Below, piece by piece: positions 32,804 to 46,070 of a stretch of 64,000 bases of DNA; the stretch's first letter is position 1; every line of letters starts with the position of its first letter. Location of the stretch: NCBI GenBank assembly GCA_946965045.2, contig OX337235.1:1550001-1614000 (forward strand), read 5' to 3'. This stretch comes from Epithemia pelagica. Lineage: Eukaryota > Protista > Bacillariophyta. Both the position numbers and the translations under genes were made by a program. Below the pieces are notes generated by a model. It made no database searches. It worked only from the letters and a program-made list of their open reading frames with translations, and had not been told where the DNA came from.

Positions 32804-35452
32804 ATGAAGTTTGGTGAACATTTGAAATCCAATGTTGCGCCCGAATATGGGAACGATGCCTATCTGAACTATGAACAGCTGGATCGCATCATCGCCGAGT
32901 TGTCACAAACCAAGCCGAGTCGGTAGGTCCCTGTTGGCGCGTTGCTTGAACTGTTCCAACTTGTTTGTCGTTGATTGAAAAAGGCTCAACTGTCGAATGT
33001 TGTCTCTTCTCTTGCGATCCCCAATCTCAGAGCCAATGAGAGCCGCGTTGTGTCCATGACGGCTCCTCCCCAAACCAACGCCCAGGGTCTGGATACGTCC
33101 AAAGTGGAGGTCACGGAGGAAACCTTTTTTGGCCAAATTGATGCCGATATGGTCAAGGTGGAAAAATTCACCCTCAGCCAGGTGACGGCAATTCGTGCCA
33201 AGATTTTGGATTTGGAAGCTCGATTGAAGGAACAACCAACTCCTCTCTTGACTTCGGCGGCCATGTCGACGTCGTCGACGGCCGCGGTCGCTGCTGCAAG
33301 CCATTCAGATCAACAACTTTATGGATGGAATGAAAAAGAAATTGCCGATCGCGCCGATGACATTGGCAATGATTTTTTGCGTCTGGAAAAGTATGTCAAT
33401 ATCAACTTTATGGGCTTTCACAAGATTCTCAAGAAACACGACAAGAATTTACCAAACAATCCGTGCAAGGTCTTTTATATCAATCGATTGCACGCTCAAG
33501 CATGGGTGCGAGGAGATTATAGCGATATTGTTGTTCGATTGTCCAACATTTATGCCGCCATTCGACAAGATCATGTGGCGGAAGAAAACAAGGATGCCGC
33601 TCAGTTCTTTCAACGATCCACCACGAAATACTGGGTGAAAACCGAAGGTAAGCTGTGAATTGCGTTTTCATCTCGTGGTATTCCACATGTCCTCATGTTT
33701 TCTGTTCGTTGTCATTTAGATGTGTCAAGGGTCAAATATGCCATTCTGCGACATTTACCAGTGTTTTTGCAAAAGACGAGCACTGGTGAATCCGATTCAC
33801 AATTTACCAACAGCGTTTACGTGAGTTCATGTGTTCCCTCTGTACCGATTGGCTTCGTGATCGCGGTCACTCACCTTGTGTTTGTTCATTCATTCATTCT
33901 TGTTCCCCCTTCCATTGAGCAGTTGGACAATGATCAACTCGAACTATACCACGGACGTCTTGACAAAACCCCTGGTGCGATTGCCCTACGTCTTCGGTGG
34001 TACGGCCCGAGCGATCCGAAACTTGTTTTTGTGGAACGCAAAACTCACAACGAGAAGTGGATGGGAGAAGCATCGGTAAAGGAGCGTTTCACTGTAAGTA
34101 TCGATCTTGGCTCATCATTTCCTCTTGGTCCGCGAGAAATGCTCTAACGCATGCGTTGGTCGCTGCACCAGATTGACGAGTCCGAAGTACCCTTGTTGCT
34201 GCAGGGAACATATCCGATCGAGAAGAAGAAAGCCGAAATGATTGAAAAGGGAAAATCTCCGCAGGAAGTGGAAGAATGGTACAACTTGGTGCAAGAAGTC
34301 TCGCAGGTGATTGTGAGCAAACAGCTCGTACCAACCATGCGAACTCAGTGCATGCGTACCGCTTTTCAGATTCCATTCGACGCGACGGTCCGTGTGTCAT
34401 TGGATAGCAATCTCTGCATGATATCCGAACGCGGATATGATCTGCAGAATATGCACGTCTGGCATCGCGATAAAAGCTGGGTCTTGGACAAGACCGAGAT
34501 CACCCGATTCCCTCACGCTGTATTGGAAATTAAATTGGAACTGAACGGAGGCAACATGGTTCCTCCCAAGTGGGTTACGGATTTGCAAAACTCGGGTATG
34601 TTGTACGAATGCCACAAGTATTCCAAATTTGTCCATGGATGTGCGGTTTTGATGCCGGAGGATGTTCGTTCGGTGCCATATTGGGTGGATGACATTTCGT
34701 TGCGACAGTCCATCTTGGAATCAGGAGGCGGCCGCATCTTGACCGCCGAAGATGTTGGAACGGGCCCGGGCGCCACGTCGGTTTACCAGCACCTGCTCCC
34801 CTTTGGCACAACGGTGGACGATCGTACCGACACGGCGATGGGACGAACATCTGCCGACAAGGCTGCTAGTCGAGGATTGGTTGGAGAAAGGGCACCAATG
34901 CTGGGACCAACCAGCAACTATGGCTTGAACTTTTACTCGGGAGATGATGATGGTGATGGCTTGTATGATCAATATGAAAGTGATCAGCCGAATGAAGACG
35001 AAGAGGAGGGAATGTGTGGGTGGATTTTCCCATTCTGCAGCAGGAACAACCAAATGCAAGGATACGATCCTACAGTTTTGGCGCCCACCTCAGTACAAAA
35101 GATTGAGCCCAAGGTGTTCTTTGCCAATGAACGAACCTTCCTACATTGGTTGCACCATGGTGTAATTCTTTCAAGTATTGCTGCAGGTATTCTAGCCTTT
35201 TCGGAAGAGTCAGGGGAACTTTGGGGCGAATGGTATGCCCTTGCGTTGCTTCCTATTTCCTTGGGATTCTGTATCTATGCGCTTCATATTTTCCTCTGGA
35301 GAGCAGACCGGATCAAAACACGCATCCCAGGCCGATGGGATGATCCCAGAGGACCCATTCTCTTGGGAGGGGCCGTTGCCATCATTTTGACAATCAACTT
35401 TATTGTCAAGCTTGTGACCATTGCCAAATACGATCAAACTGGTGAGCTTTAG
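32804..35452 (+). CDS. VTC4: Vacuolar transporter chaperone / polyphosphate polymerase (SPX + VTC + DUF202); predicted exons 32804-32922, 33031-33647, 33720-33820, 33923-34093, 34172-35452
   Basis: MKFGEHLK SPX start, INFMGFHKILKKHDK, RSTTKYWV, SVY|LDN, LRLRWYG, FVERKTH, HAVLEIK, KVFFANERTFLHW; four in-frame GT-AG introns. Confidence 0.92.
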
Positions 35453-36195
35453 AACAGAAATCATGGATTCGTTTATACAATTACTTGGAGGAGTAGTTTA
35501 GTGGCACATAACGGGTAAATCTAGTAGAAAGTGAAAGAAACCATACCGCAACGACGAGTTCCGGTAGTTGTTAACGATTGCTCCTCATGCTCAGGTACAC
35601 TTTTGGACCCAACAATAGCTCGCCTTGCCATTGCCATTGCCATTGCCATTCCCATGCAAGTCTTGTTGGAGCCAAGTTGGGTGAAGCTATGCTTCCTTGT
35701 GGAGCCTCGAGCATTGGTTAGTGGTTGTCTTTGTGCGTGACAACAAGTACTGTTTCGGAGTAGAGTACACGCACCCCAATGGACCCCAAACATCCCCCAG
35801 AGTACTCTATTATGAAGAAATAGATCTTATCTGACTGTAGAGGAATTCGTGTTTCTCGCTTAGGAGTATTATTTTTTACTGATCCTTTCAGTGACACGCG
35901 GTGTTTCCCAACGTGCATATCGCATGAACGATTGCTAGGTAGACCAGACCTATCGCCAACAGTTCATGTGCTGGGTATGTCAATTATGGCTTTTCCAGGT
36001 TTGGAGTTGCATCGAGAATCGAGACAGACATCGAGATCGAGACCATCTCTCATTCTCATCTCTCGCTCGAGGAGTGTACCAGGTACATCTTGTGCCACGA
36101 CAAGAACCAAATTCTCACTTTGTTCCGTAATATATCCACTCCAACCTCTCCTCATCATCTTATCTTCACTCCTCTTTCCTTACACGGCATGAACC

Positions 36196-37620
36196 ATGGT
36201 CCGACTTACTGCTAATCAAGTTGATGCTCTGGCCGTTGGCTTTACAGTGTTCGCTTCGATTTGGCTTGTGATAACCCTGGTATACATGGTGACTGTGTGT
36301 TTGTTTTTCCGTATGAGAAACAGAGGATATCTTCGAGGGAGCATGTCGGATCCGGCATGGGGGCGCGCCTATTTGTTCGGCTCGTCACAGTACTACATTC
36401 CCATGGGATGGCTCTTTCGCCGGTACGTTATGCACCAAAGGACCGGGGAGGAACGAGAGCGCATCGCTAGAATTCGAGTCATGTCAGTCGACGAACGACG
36501 AGAAGCCATTAAGGAAATCTTGCAACCCGTCACGGATCCTTCGCCGAGTCCTGCGAATACCAAGACGATCATGCGATCATGCTCCCATGAATCCAGCAGT
36601 TCCAATCACCATGTCGCCCCCACGAGTTCTCAAGAACACGTCATTAAAAGCAATGGAACTTCAATACATGCGCTCGCAGACTCTTCAACTGATTTTCCAA
36701 TATGCTCTGTCAACGATGTACTCGATATCGAGGAAGCGGGTGGACATGATTCACTGAACCAAGACGACGAATGCATGATAGAAGCTAACGACAACTCTCC
36801 CACAGATGGTTCCAACCATGGGCTTGTGGCAGAAAGACCATATTATGAGTTTCATCTTCACTCTCCCTCCACGGATAATATCTCTGGTGATTCGCAATCG
36901 TGTGTTTCCTGCACGCAAAGTGGTGGATCTCTTTCTCCTTCAACGGGCCCTGTGCATAGTTCTTTGGTATCCAATTCTACATCACCGGCGTCACCGAACA
37001 AAGATAATCAGGTGGTATCGCAAAACAGCAATCTCATTGAAGCAAGTTCTTTAGCTTCTTCTTCCGAAGATCATGCGGAATGCCCCATTTGCTTTGTCGG
37101 ACACAGTCCAGGTCAGACATGGTTCCAATCGCCCAAATGTGCTCATCGCTTTCACTGGGACTGTATCCTGTCTTGGTTGGAGATTCAGAGTCATCGAGAT
37201 TGTCCTTGTTGTCGGACCGAAATACTGCCGGAAGAACAAATATGGCAAGTAGTGCAACGGCAGCGCAAGGAAAGGCGGCGTAAAAAACGAACTGCCAAGC
37301 AACTCCGCAAACCAACCGAGGCGAACGATGCCCCCATCCAAAGGGGTGCGACCGAAGATGAAGACGACGAAGTGGATGACACAGCTTTTGTCATTCATGC
37401 TTACGTGAGTACTACAACTTCCAATAACGAAAGCTCGCCGGGAGAAAGACGAGGAAGCACCTCCGAGCTTTACAGTGAGATTTCCTTTGAACACAACATT
37501 GCAGAGGAGACTCACAGTTCTTTGCAAAGCGATACACGCGGCGCACAACAAGCTGAGATTCTACAGAGTACAACCATTGATGAAACGTCTATTGAAACAG
37601 AGGGTGGTATTGACGTGTGA
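36196..37620 (+). CDS. Membrane-anchored RING-H2 E3 ubiquitin ligase
   Basis: N-terminal TM segment; CPIC...CAHRFHWDCILSWL...CPCCR. Confidence 0.88.
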   Translation: MVRLTANQVDALAVGFTVFASIWLVITLVYMVTVCLFFRMRNRGYLRGSMSDPAWGRAYLFGSSQYYIPMGWLFRRYVMHQRTGEERERIARIRVMSVDERREAIKEILQPVTDPSPSPANTKTIMRSCSHESSSSNHHVAPTSSQEHVIKSNGTSIHALADSSTDFPICSVNDVLDIEEAGGHDSLNQDDECMIEANDNSPTDGSNHGLVAERPYYEFHLHSPSTDNISGDSQSCVSCTQSGGSLSPSTGPVHSSLVSNSTSPASPNKDNQVVSQNSNLIEASSLASSSEDHAECPICFVGHSPGQTWFQSPKCAHRFHWDCILSWLEIQSHRDCPCCRTEILPEEQIWQVVQRQRKERRRKKRTAKQLRKPTEANDAPIQRGATEDEDDEVDDTAFVIHAYVSTTTSNNESSPGERRGSTSELYSEISFEHNIAEETHSSLQSDTRGAQQAEILQSTTIDETSIETEGGIDV

Positions 37621-37928
37621 GCAATTCACTGGCGATCTGTTCTATGGGAACTTGAGGGTTCAATATGCTGTTGAGTTCGCTGTCCGATGAGTCAACTCAT
37701 GTACCTACCTTGTAACCAGTGACGCTTCTTTGGAGTAGATGTTATCTACGTTCTGTATCTATCGGCGCGCTTGTCTAGATTTGGGAGAGACTTTTGACCT
37801 TGTCATCGACGAGGACAGAAAAATACATATTGTGGTTCTCTCGGAAATAACTACAAACTTTCCCCATACTCATATGATACAACATCCAGTTAAACTACTT
37901 TACAGTTAAGCAAAGAAACGTTTCTACA

Positions 37929-38260
37929 TTGACCTTTTCCGCAAGATTGTCACGGAATCTCGTTGTGAAGCCGTGTCCAATGTCAGTCTTGCCATTACGT
38001 CCTTTGAAACCATTGACGATATTGTAGTTGGTGGTGATCATGAGGATTGGATGCAACGCAGATACGGTTTGTGCTCCCCCTGCTACGGCGATGACGATCC
38101 ACGATGATGAAGCAACGCCAATGCCGCTGCCGTCACACCATTGTGACGGGTCGTGAGGCCTTTTTGTGTTTCAAACTTGGTGCCAGTGGCAACCCTACCT
38201 TTGCACATGTGTCCATGACTGCGCTTCAACTTTGCCGTCGCCACTTTCAAGATTCCAAAA
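37929..38260 (+). pseudogene. Pseudogenised partial paralog of the secreted protein at 46071-47105
   Basis: DLFRKIVTES...LAITSFETIDDIVVGGDHEDW...GLCSPCYGDDDPR**...AFLCFKLGASGNPTFAHV versus DLLNKIVTES...LAITSFETIADIAVGGDHEGW...GLCCPYDDDDPR...NFLCFKLRASGNPNFAHV; stops and frameshifts. Confidence 0.88.
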
Positions 38261-38918
38261 GGTTCCACCTACAGACAAACCTGCGTAGAATGTGTGTGGG
38301 ACAGTATGGAGTGCCTCGAGGACAAGTCGTATGATTCTTCACGTTAATAATGTCTCTCGTTCTTCTTGTTGCCGTGATGAGATTGGTGAAGAGAAGTCTT
38401 GCTCTTGTGATGTCGACGACGAGAATGGTGCGACACAGACCTGGCGATGCTTCCACCGTTCCACACCACCAACAGCAAGAAACACCACGATGTGCTCCAA
38501 CCATCATGTTTTTGGAACGTACTGGCCGCGATCAGAGGTGCAATAAGCGTGGAGAAGCATCGTCCTGGTCGCCGACTGGTACGATCACGAGTTTAGTTAC
38601 AAGCCGATACAATGAGAGGAGGATACAGTATGCAGTGCCAATTCTTGTCTCTTTTTGGTCTCTCGTCTCTCGCCCATGTCGCTCGTCTTTGGATCTCGCT
38701 CTTGTGTCATTGTTTGGAAATCATCATTGAAGGCTCATAATAAGCGATCTAAACGCGACTTGATGAAAGCGGAAAGAAGCGCGCGCGCACTCCCATCATT
38801 TCACTGACCATGTCGTGGAATGGAGAAGAGAAAAAGATATACCGCCATATCTTTCTCATCCATTCTCTCTCGCAAAATTTTCGTGAGCAGTTTGACAATC
38901 AAAGAGAGAGAATAGACC

Positions 38919-40929
38919 ATGATGTTGTCTCCTACTATGAGGAATCTGTCTGGTTGGTGGGTGTTGTGGCTGAACCTGATGGGTGGGGATCCACTGTTGG
39001 TGGTGGGTGCCAATCGCCACAACAAGGACGAACCATCCGTGGACCACCCACACGAGGAATGGGTGTGTTGTACCACGAATCACAAGGAGGCACATGCTAC
39101 TACTACGACGACCATTACGGACGACTGCGTCTGTCAGGATCGGATGCACACCTTTCCTGGATGGACGTCTCGTCAGCCCTTGCCATCGCCCTGGTATTCG
39201 GGTCTGTTGACGTATGAATTCCAGGACCGTCTCATTCATACGCATTACGTCTTGGTCTTGGCCGAACCGGACCATTCATCCAGCGACGAGGCCACCCGGA
39301 ACGAGGACGACAAGCCCTTGATTTATTGGAGCAATGGCGGTCCCGGTGCCAGTTCCATGTTTGGCTTGTTGACGGAATTGGGACCCTTGGTCTTTAATGA
39401 CTTGTCGACGGAAACAGACGACTATCGCACGACGGGCATTCCGACACCCTTTTACAATCCGCATTCCTGGTCCAAATTGGGACACTTGTTAATCTTTGAT
39501 GTTCCGGCTCCGGTAGGCTTTTCCTACTGCGAAGCTACCAATAGTAGTACGCCGTCGTCCTTGGACGATTCGAGTACGACTCTACAAGATACGCCCTTGG
39601 TCGATTGTGCCGGCTTGGCCTGGACGGATGAATTGGCGGCCGCCAATACCATGGCCGCCTTGCAAGCCTTTTATGAAAAATACCCGGCATTGCAGTCAAC
39701 AGACTTGTACTTGACGGGAGAATCCTATGCCGGCATTTACATTCCCACGTTTGCGCGAGAAATTTTGCGCTTCAACCACAAGCAACCGGAGGGTAGTAGT
39801 ACCCTGATTCCCCTCAAAGGCTTTGCCGTAGGCGATGGATGTTTGGGAACCGAGACGGGTATTTGTGGAAACATTGAAGACGAAGATGCCTTTGATTTTT
39901 GGTACGTTTTGTTCTTGGCCGGACACAATCAAATTCCTCTCAATACCTTTCAAGAGGTCATGAGAGCTTGTCAACCCTTTCATCAAAACCAAGAAGCATT
40001 GGAAGACACGGACGTGTGTCGGGCAGCCGTAGCCAAGGTCAAGAAGCAAATGGGTGGCGTCTACGCGTATGGATTGTATGATGAATGTACTTACCGCAAT
40101 GGGTTGGCACAAACGGCGTCTCAGCTCTTGTCGGGGCAGCAACCGTCCACAAACAAGGACGAAAGGATGCTACAAGGTGGTTTGAACGACTATCAATGTG
40201 GAGGCGATGTACGTGTATAGGAAAACGTGTTGGTGGTGTGACAAAAGGCACGAGTTTGTGGAACTGTCTCTGACACTTGCGTCGTCTCTCCTTGCTTTCT
40301 TTTTGACGAAAATGTTTCCATCCACACAGTTGGTCTTGGGACAATACATGAAACTCGATGTGGTACGAGAGGCTTTTCATGTGGGCGATGTGGACTATTA
40401 TGAAACGGACAATGCCCAAGGCATGGCCTATACCCCCACCGAACCTGATTTGACAACCTTTTATCGCGATGTGGCCGTCAATTATCCGAACGTTTCCGTC
40501 TTGGTGTACAATGGCGACACGGATCCGGCCATTACCAGTTTTGCCGCACAAAATTGGACCTCTCATTTGGGATTGACGGCGCTGCAAGAATGGCGACCCT
40601 GGACGGTCGATGCCTGTCGTGGCATGGGTGGCTATGTGACACGGTATCAAGGAGGATTGGATTTTGTCACCATTCGTGGCTCCGGTCATATGGTTCCGGC
40701 CATGAAACCAGTCGCCGCCTTTGTCATGTTGCAATCGTGGTTGCACGGACAAGATTATCCACCCTATGTCGGCAATTGCACGGCGCCGCCGCCGACGATC
40801 ACCACCACCAGTAGCACGACTGCTACCCCCACCAATCCAGAGTCTTCTGCTGCTGCTGCAGGAAGGGACAAGGAGAAGCAGCAAGAAGCCAAGGTCGAAC
40901 CCAAGCAATATGTGCGGGTGGCAAAATAG
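38919..40929 (+). CDS. Serine carboxypeptidase (S10 family), one predicted intron 40209-40329
   Basis: WSNGGPGASSM, GESYAGIYIP (Ser), YNGDTD (Asp), IRGSGHMVP (His); the intron joins GGD|LVLGQYM in frame. Confidence 0.92.
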
Positions 40930-41045
40930 ATCCAGTTACAGAAACTCAAGTCCAAAGACTATCACAACCATGACTAATAGTCAACAATATTTCATGCTTT
41001 GTTTTCTTTCATTTCGTGTGCGAGTAAGGTAGTCACGTAGTTTAC
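40801..41045 (+). repeat. Direct repeat, copy 1 (3' end and 3' UTR of the carboxypeptidase gene)
   Basis: ACCACCACCAG..GACTGCTAC..GGAAGGGACAA..AACCCAAGCAATATG..GTGGCAAAAT..CAACCATGACT recurs at 42435-42680. Confidence 0.85.
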
Positions 41046-41222
41046 GATACACGCGCGACCAGAACTCGCCCACGCCAGGAAGTACCCGGAAAAGATTCGA
41101 CAATGAACGAGATTTTTCCACGTTGCATTTGTTGAAAGGGAATTCCTTAACAACGCAACCAGGGCCTCTGTCATGGAAGTTACATGAGAAACTGCAAGGA
41201 AAAACGTCAAGTCTGTTGAACA

Positions 41223-42220
41223 ATGAACCTCGCTGCCTACCTGCAAAGGATTGGTCTTGACTCCACAACGCCACAAATTGAGGGCCAACAAGCAGATCTG
41301 CCGCTCTTGACCCGCATCATGGAAGCTCACACTCGGGCCATTTGCTTTGAAAATTGTGATATTGTTCTGGGCAAAACAATCTCCATGGAAGCACACGATG
41401 TGGAACAAAAGTTGGTCCATGATAACCGTGGCGGATACTGCTTTGAACAAAATACGCTGCTCCAAGCGGCTCTGGAAGAACTGGGCTTTTCTGTGACACC
41501 ACTTCTTTGTCGTGTGCTTTGGCGCCATCCCCAAGATCAAGTCCTCAACAGAGATGTTCCACATCAATCAACTTTCACACACATGTCCCTCAAGGTGAGA
41601 ATACCTTCCACGGATGCCAATACCGGCGACTCTAAAGACGACCATCATTCTTATTTGGCCGATGTGGGCTTTGCCAACATTAATAGTCGAGCACCAATCA
41701 AAATGTGCCATTCGGATCCACAAACCTCCCGGAAGGCCAGTATCGGATTGTGGAAGGCAAAAGGGAATACGATACGTTGCAGTTGTTAGTGGATGTAAAA
41801 GAGTCGGATGCACTTGATGGAGTAGATACCATCATACCACCCGGCGGTGACAACGTACAAAAGCGGTGGCGTTCCTTGTACATTTGGAGGCGCGACGAAG
41901 TAGCGGAGCCCTCAGACTTGGAATGCGCCAACTGGTACATGTGCACCTACCCCACAGCTCGTTTTACCTCGACGTTTTTCGTTTCTCGTATGATTCTACC
42001 ACCAAGGAGTGCAGTGACTCGTAATCAGGATGACGAGCGTCATCATATCCTGAATGACACGTATGTTGTTCGCAAAGGATACGGCTCGAGCAGTGTCGTC
42101 GAAACACAGCCAATCCACGACAAAGCACAACTACTACACATCTTGGAGACTGTATTTGATCTTTGCTTTTCAAGAGATGAAGAATCACATCAAGGGTTGG
42201 ATAAATTCTTGTGCGAATGA
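41223..42220 (+). pseudogene. NAT: Arylamine N-acetyltransferase with a single frameshift at ~41722-41730 (pseudogene or sequencing error)
   Basis: YLQRIG, FENCD, RGGYCFEQN (Cys), THMSLKV (His), YLADVGF (Asp); the C-terminal half LPEGQYR...ANWY..T.P.ARFT is in another frame. Confidence 0.82.
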
Positions 42221-42434
42221 AGGCTTCTGATGGTAGACTTGATATCAATTCTGCTGCTGCTTATGGGGAACGTGGAATTTGAATACTGGGAAGACTTCCA
42301 ATTTTCAAACTGTCGAAGTTCCTAGCCGCTCATCGTTGCTTCATTGCCATCTCTGATTCTTGAGAGGCATGGTTTCTGACCCAACGACTGAATCATTGTT
42401 ATTTGAAAATGTGGAAGAGCACAACCCACACCAA

Positions 42435-42680
42435 ACCACCACCAGCAGCATGACTGCTACCGGCACCAGAGTCTGCTGCTGCTGGAAGGGACAACGAGAA
42501 GCAGACGTCCAACCCAAGCAATATGGGCGTGTGGCAAAATGAGAACCTATTAGAGAAAACGTGTCGCACACGTCCATAGACAATAACAACCATGACTTGT
42601 AGTCATACTATTCCATTCTTTGGTTTTCTTTCAGTTTCACTTTGTGCGCGACTACGTGTAAGTGTAAGACGTAGTTTGTG
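42435..42680 (+). repeat. Direct repeat, copy 2 (diverged carboxypeptidase 3' end)
   Basis: See 40801-41045; decayed frame ending QPKQYGRVAK* versus EPKQYVRVAK*. Confidence 0.85.
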
Positions 42681-42907
42681 CCGCAGCCATCTCGTTCCCA
42701 CTGCTCGCTTGTTGACAAGAGTCTTGCGTACCCAGCCATAGAGAGTGAACTCGACGATGCAGGTTCGTGTTCGAGTCGTTTCGTATCGGGCAAGGCCAAT
42801 CACACAAGGAAGCATCTCTTGTCTGTTGTACACTTCAAAGATGACAAGCACTATACTCGTGACCCGTCCGTCCACAGTATAATCAAGCTTGAAAATCCAT
42901 CCATCAA

Positions 42908-44884
42908 TCAATCAATCAGCCATTCATTTTCCACAAGATCTCTCTCCCGTTGTTTGGTCGAAGCGGACTTGGATTGGGTGGGTTTTTGGACGGACCGTTT
43001 CCTTGGAGTGCCGTCCTTGTTGAGTCGCGGACGGTCCTGGCTCTGGTTGTGATTCGGAACGACTGCCGTAGTCGTCGTCGTCATTGTTGTTGTTGTTGTG
43101 TCATGAGGAATGGGTGGTTGAATGGGATAGGTAATCCATCGCAAGTTTGCCGTTCCGACTTGCAAGGGTACACTGGCAGTTCGTCGCAATTGCAAATGTT
43201 TGGTCAAGGCGGCATTGCCCGACAAGACATGCGCCACGGTATTGGGAGGACAAGTGCTTTTCAAAAAGAATCTCAAGGATTCCCAGGAATCCTCCACGTC
43301 CTCGGTCAAGCGGACATTCCAGGGAGGATTGCATACAACGGTCCATGGCACGGACGACCAGGCATGGTTGTTGTTGTCTTCGTCGTCGTCCAGTGTCGTC
43401 AAAAAGTCTTGACAATCCGAGTGTGTCACCTGGACCAAATCCGAGACACTGGCGCGATCCAAAGCTTCTTGCAACAAATCCAAGGATCCGGGATGAATGT
43501 CATTGGCTAACAATACCACGGGCGGACACGTGACGATGCTTGGTGTCGACATTGATTCGTCGTCGTCTTGTCGGACCATTAGGGGCGTTCGCATCCAGTG
43601 CAATCCATTCTTGGCTTGGTGTGTGGCATCCACAAGCAATTCTTTCCAACGACTTTGAACATGGTGCTTGTTGTCGTGTTTCCATCGCGTAATGGGTGGA
43701 TATTGATGAACGGATTGCGGTTGCATGCCACATTTGAGCCGCAATACATGGGGTGCCACATTAGCCGCCACAAACAAGGCTTCCAAGACCAAGGAACCCG
43801 AACCGGCCATGGGATCGACCAATACCAAGGCACGGGTCATGGATGCTACGGTTGTCGTTGACGTTGTCGTCGTGGTTTGTTGGTAGTGTTGTTGACACTG
43901 CTCGGGCCATCCAGCCTCGACAAGCAATCCGGCCGCCAAGGATTCCTTGAGAGCCGCCTTGTGAATGGCCGAAGAGGACGATCGATATCCTCGGCGATGA
44001 AGACTGCCCATATGAATTTGACGATACAAGGATAATTGGGCGACGCGATCCGCACCATTGTTGTTGTCCTTGTTGGGAGAAGAACCCGACATGGATTTGG
44101 GCGGTGGTATTCCTCGCAAGACAGCCACGAGGGGCACATCGGGATTGGTCGTATCAATCGAGGGTCGATCGCCTCGCTTGTCTCGTACGGCATCACAGAG
44201 CGCCGCCTTGATGGTCAAGGCAGTATAATGGGAATGATTAATGTCGGCAGGAATCCGTGTGGGATTGTTGAGAATGGTATCGACAATACACAAGGTCAAC
44301 AATCCACCTCGACCATTGCCCAACACATGTGCCACAGGAATGCGTTGCCGACAAAAGTCATACACATCATCACGGGTTTGCAAGGTAGGATCCGATTCGC
44401 ACAGGAATTCCATAATTTTGTGAGGAATCCGAGCCCAAATCAACATGGTCAAGACGGTAGACAAGGTGGCTTGGAAGCGACAGGCCGCATTGCCCGTCGT
44501 TTCTACGGCATGGGCTCCCAAAGTATACAATTCTTTCGACAAGGTCTTGGACAAGCCTGGAATGCAAGTGGCAACATAGACATGGAGTTCTTCTTCGTCG
44601 TCGTCCTCCTCCTCCTCCTCATTGTTGTCATAATTGTTTGGATCGTAGGCAGAGGAGTATCCTCGTGACGACGACAATCTTGTGATTGTGGTAGAACTGG
44701 AAGGGAAGTGACAACGACTTAATGATGTCTGTTTCCTCCGTAGAGATGGTCGCGTCGTTGTTGTTGGTGGTGCTGCTGTATATGATGAATGTATCCATCC
44801 TTGGCACGTATTCAGGATACAAATCCAGAGCAGTATTTGTACATGTCGTATCCTCATGAAACTAGAAGCATTGGATTGTTTCAT
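42908..44884 (-). CDS. THUMP-domain rRNA m2G methyltransferase (RlmL-like), probably plastid-targeted
   Basis: YVATCIPGLS..L..EL, LHRRGYR, AALKESLAAG, LVDPMAGSGS, ANDIH, CNPPW; signal peptide ending TCQG|W followed by a S/T/R-rich transit-like segment. Confidence 0.88.
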   Translation of the reverse strand: MKQSNASSFMRIRHVQILLWICILNTCQGWIHSSYTAAPPTTTTRPSLRRKQTSLSRCHFPSSSTTITRLSSSRGYSSAYDPNNYDNNEEEEEDDDEEELHVYVATCIPGLSKTLSKELYTLGAHAVETTGNAACRFQATLSTVLTMLIWARIPHKIMEFLCESDPTLQTRDDVYDFCRQRIPVAHVLGNGRGGLLTLCIVDTILNNPTRIPADINHSHYTALTIKAALCDAVRDKRGDRPSIDTTNPDVPLVAVLRGIPPPKSMSGSSPNKDNNNGADRVAQLSLYRQIHMGSLHRRGYRSSSSAIHKAALKESLAAGLLVEAGWPEQCQQHYQQTTTTTSTTTVASMTRALVLVDPMAGSGSLVLEALFVAANVAPHVLRLKCGMQPQSVHQYPPITRWKHDNKHHVQSRWKELLVDATHQAKNGLHWMRTPLMVRQDDDESMSTPSIVTCPPVVLLANDIHPGSLDLLQEALDRASVSDLVQVTHSDCQDFLTTLDDDEDNNNHAWSSVPWTVVCNPPWNVRLTEDVEDSWESLRFFLKSTCPPNTVAHVLSGNAALTKHLQLRRTASVPLQVGTANLRWITYPIQPPIPHDTTTTTMTTTTTAVVPNHNQSQDRPRLNKDGTPRKRSVQKPTQSKSASTKQRERDLVENEWLID

Positions 44885-46070
44885 ACTTTTTTCTCTTCCT
44901 CCTTTTCAGAAAAGTGCGTTTATAGTTCTGAGAAGAAAAGAACAAAGCTAATGCGCGTGATGATGGAGAATCCGTCGACGATCGTCCCTCGAATCTTGTC
45001 ACGAGTACCAACCACTGATCTTTCGTCGGGAAATCAATAAAAATGTCTCGAGAGAGAGAGATTGACAGTTCCGGCTCTGTTGGGTTGTTCTCTTGTTCAG
45101 TCTACCTAGACCGAGAGCACACCATTGGCCATGGCCATTTTTCCATCACAAAATTCGTGGATGCGAATGAGTCGCTTCTTAGTCCATCGTAAGTCGCTTT
45201 CGCTTTTTTACGCCGGCATGCACGCAAGACTGCGAGAAGGTCTCGCGCGCCGCGCGAGGCAATTTCGCAATAGGGCACCATGGTGCCCATTGCCCGTCTC
45301 CACCCAAAGAACTTTACAATGGCACTCTCTCTCTCTCTCTCGGTTTCCCTGGACGCAGTTGAAGTCCTTGCCCTTGAATGGACCATCTTTTCCAGAGCCA
45401 TTGCCTCCTCATGATCCCGTTGGTCCAAGCTACGAATCTTGCATCTCTCGAAGCTCGAAGGCACGGTGATTTGACTGGAGATGGGTGGACTCCTGTTTTT
45501 TGCCGTGGGAATGGCGACGACAACCACCAAATGACACGGTCACAGACAATTCGAAAACCAAGCCAATTCACCTCGTTACGTGTCTGCAACAATCCAGAAT
45601 GGGGTGGTCCATTGGAATCTATTCTTTTTCTTATCTCCACACGTGGTCGGCCTCTTTGTATTGTCCAATTGGAACCTACCATTCCACGGCATGTCTTTGT
45701 TGGGACAACAAAACTTGGATCCTTCAAAGAATTGCAATGGAATGGAAATCAACTCTTGGGGGGAGTATTCCCTCCGAGGAACTGGGACATTTGAATGGTG
45801 GGTTGGAAATAATGTTGCTCTTGCACGACAATCAAACCGGCTGAATTGTGCCAATCGTCCTCCAGGACGCTCGATATGTTGACGGTGGATTGTAAAGCGG
45901 ACAACATGCATACGTATATGGAGAGAATAGATCAAACAAGGCTACCCCGACATCAATTCGAGAAAGAATATATCTATTGGATGATTTTAACTATCTTGGT
46001 GAAAGGACGCTCAATCCCCGGAGCCACTCCCTTTTGTTTTTTTAATAAAGAACGTTCACCGCAACCATTT

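Noticed and set aside
45000-45950. Coding-like broken frames on the minus strand
   Set aside because: Stops and frameshifts, no recognisable family; cannot support a product call.
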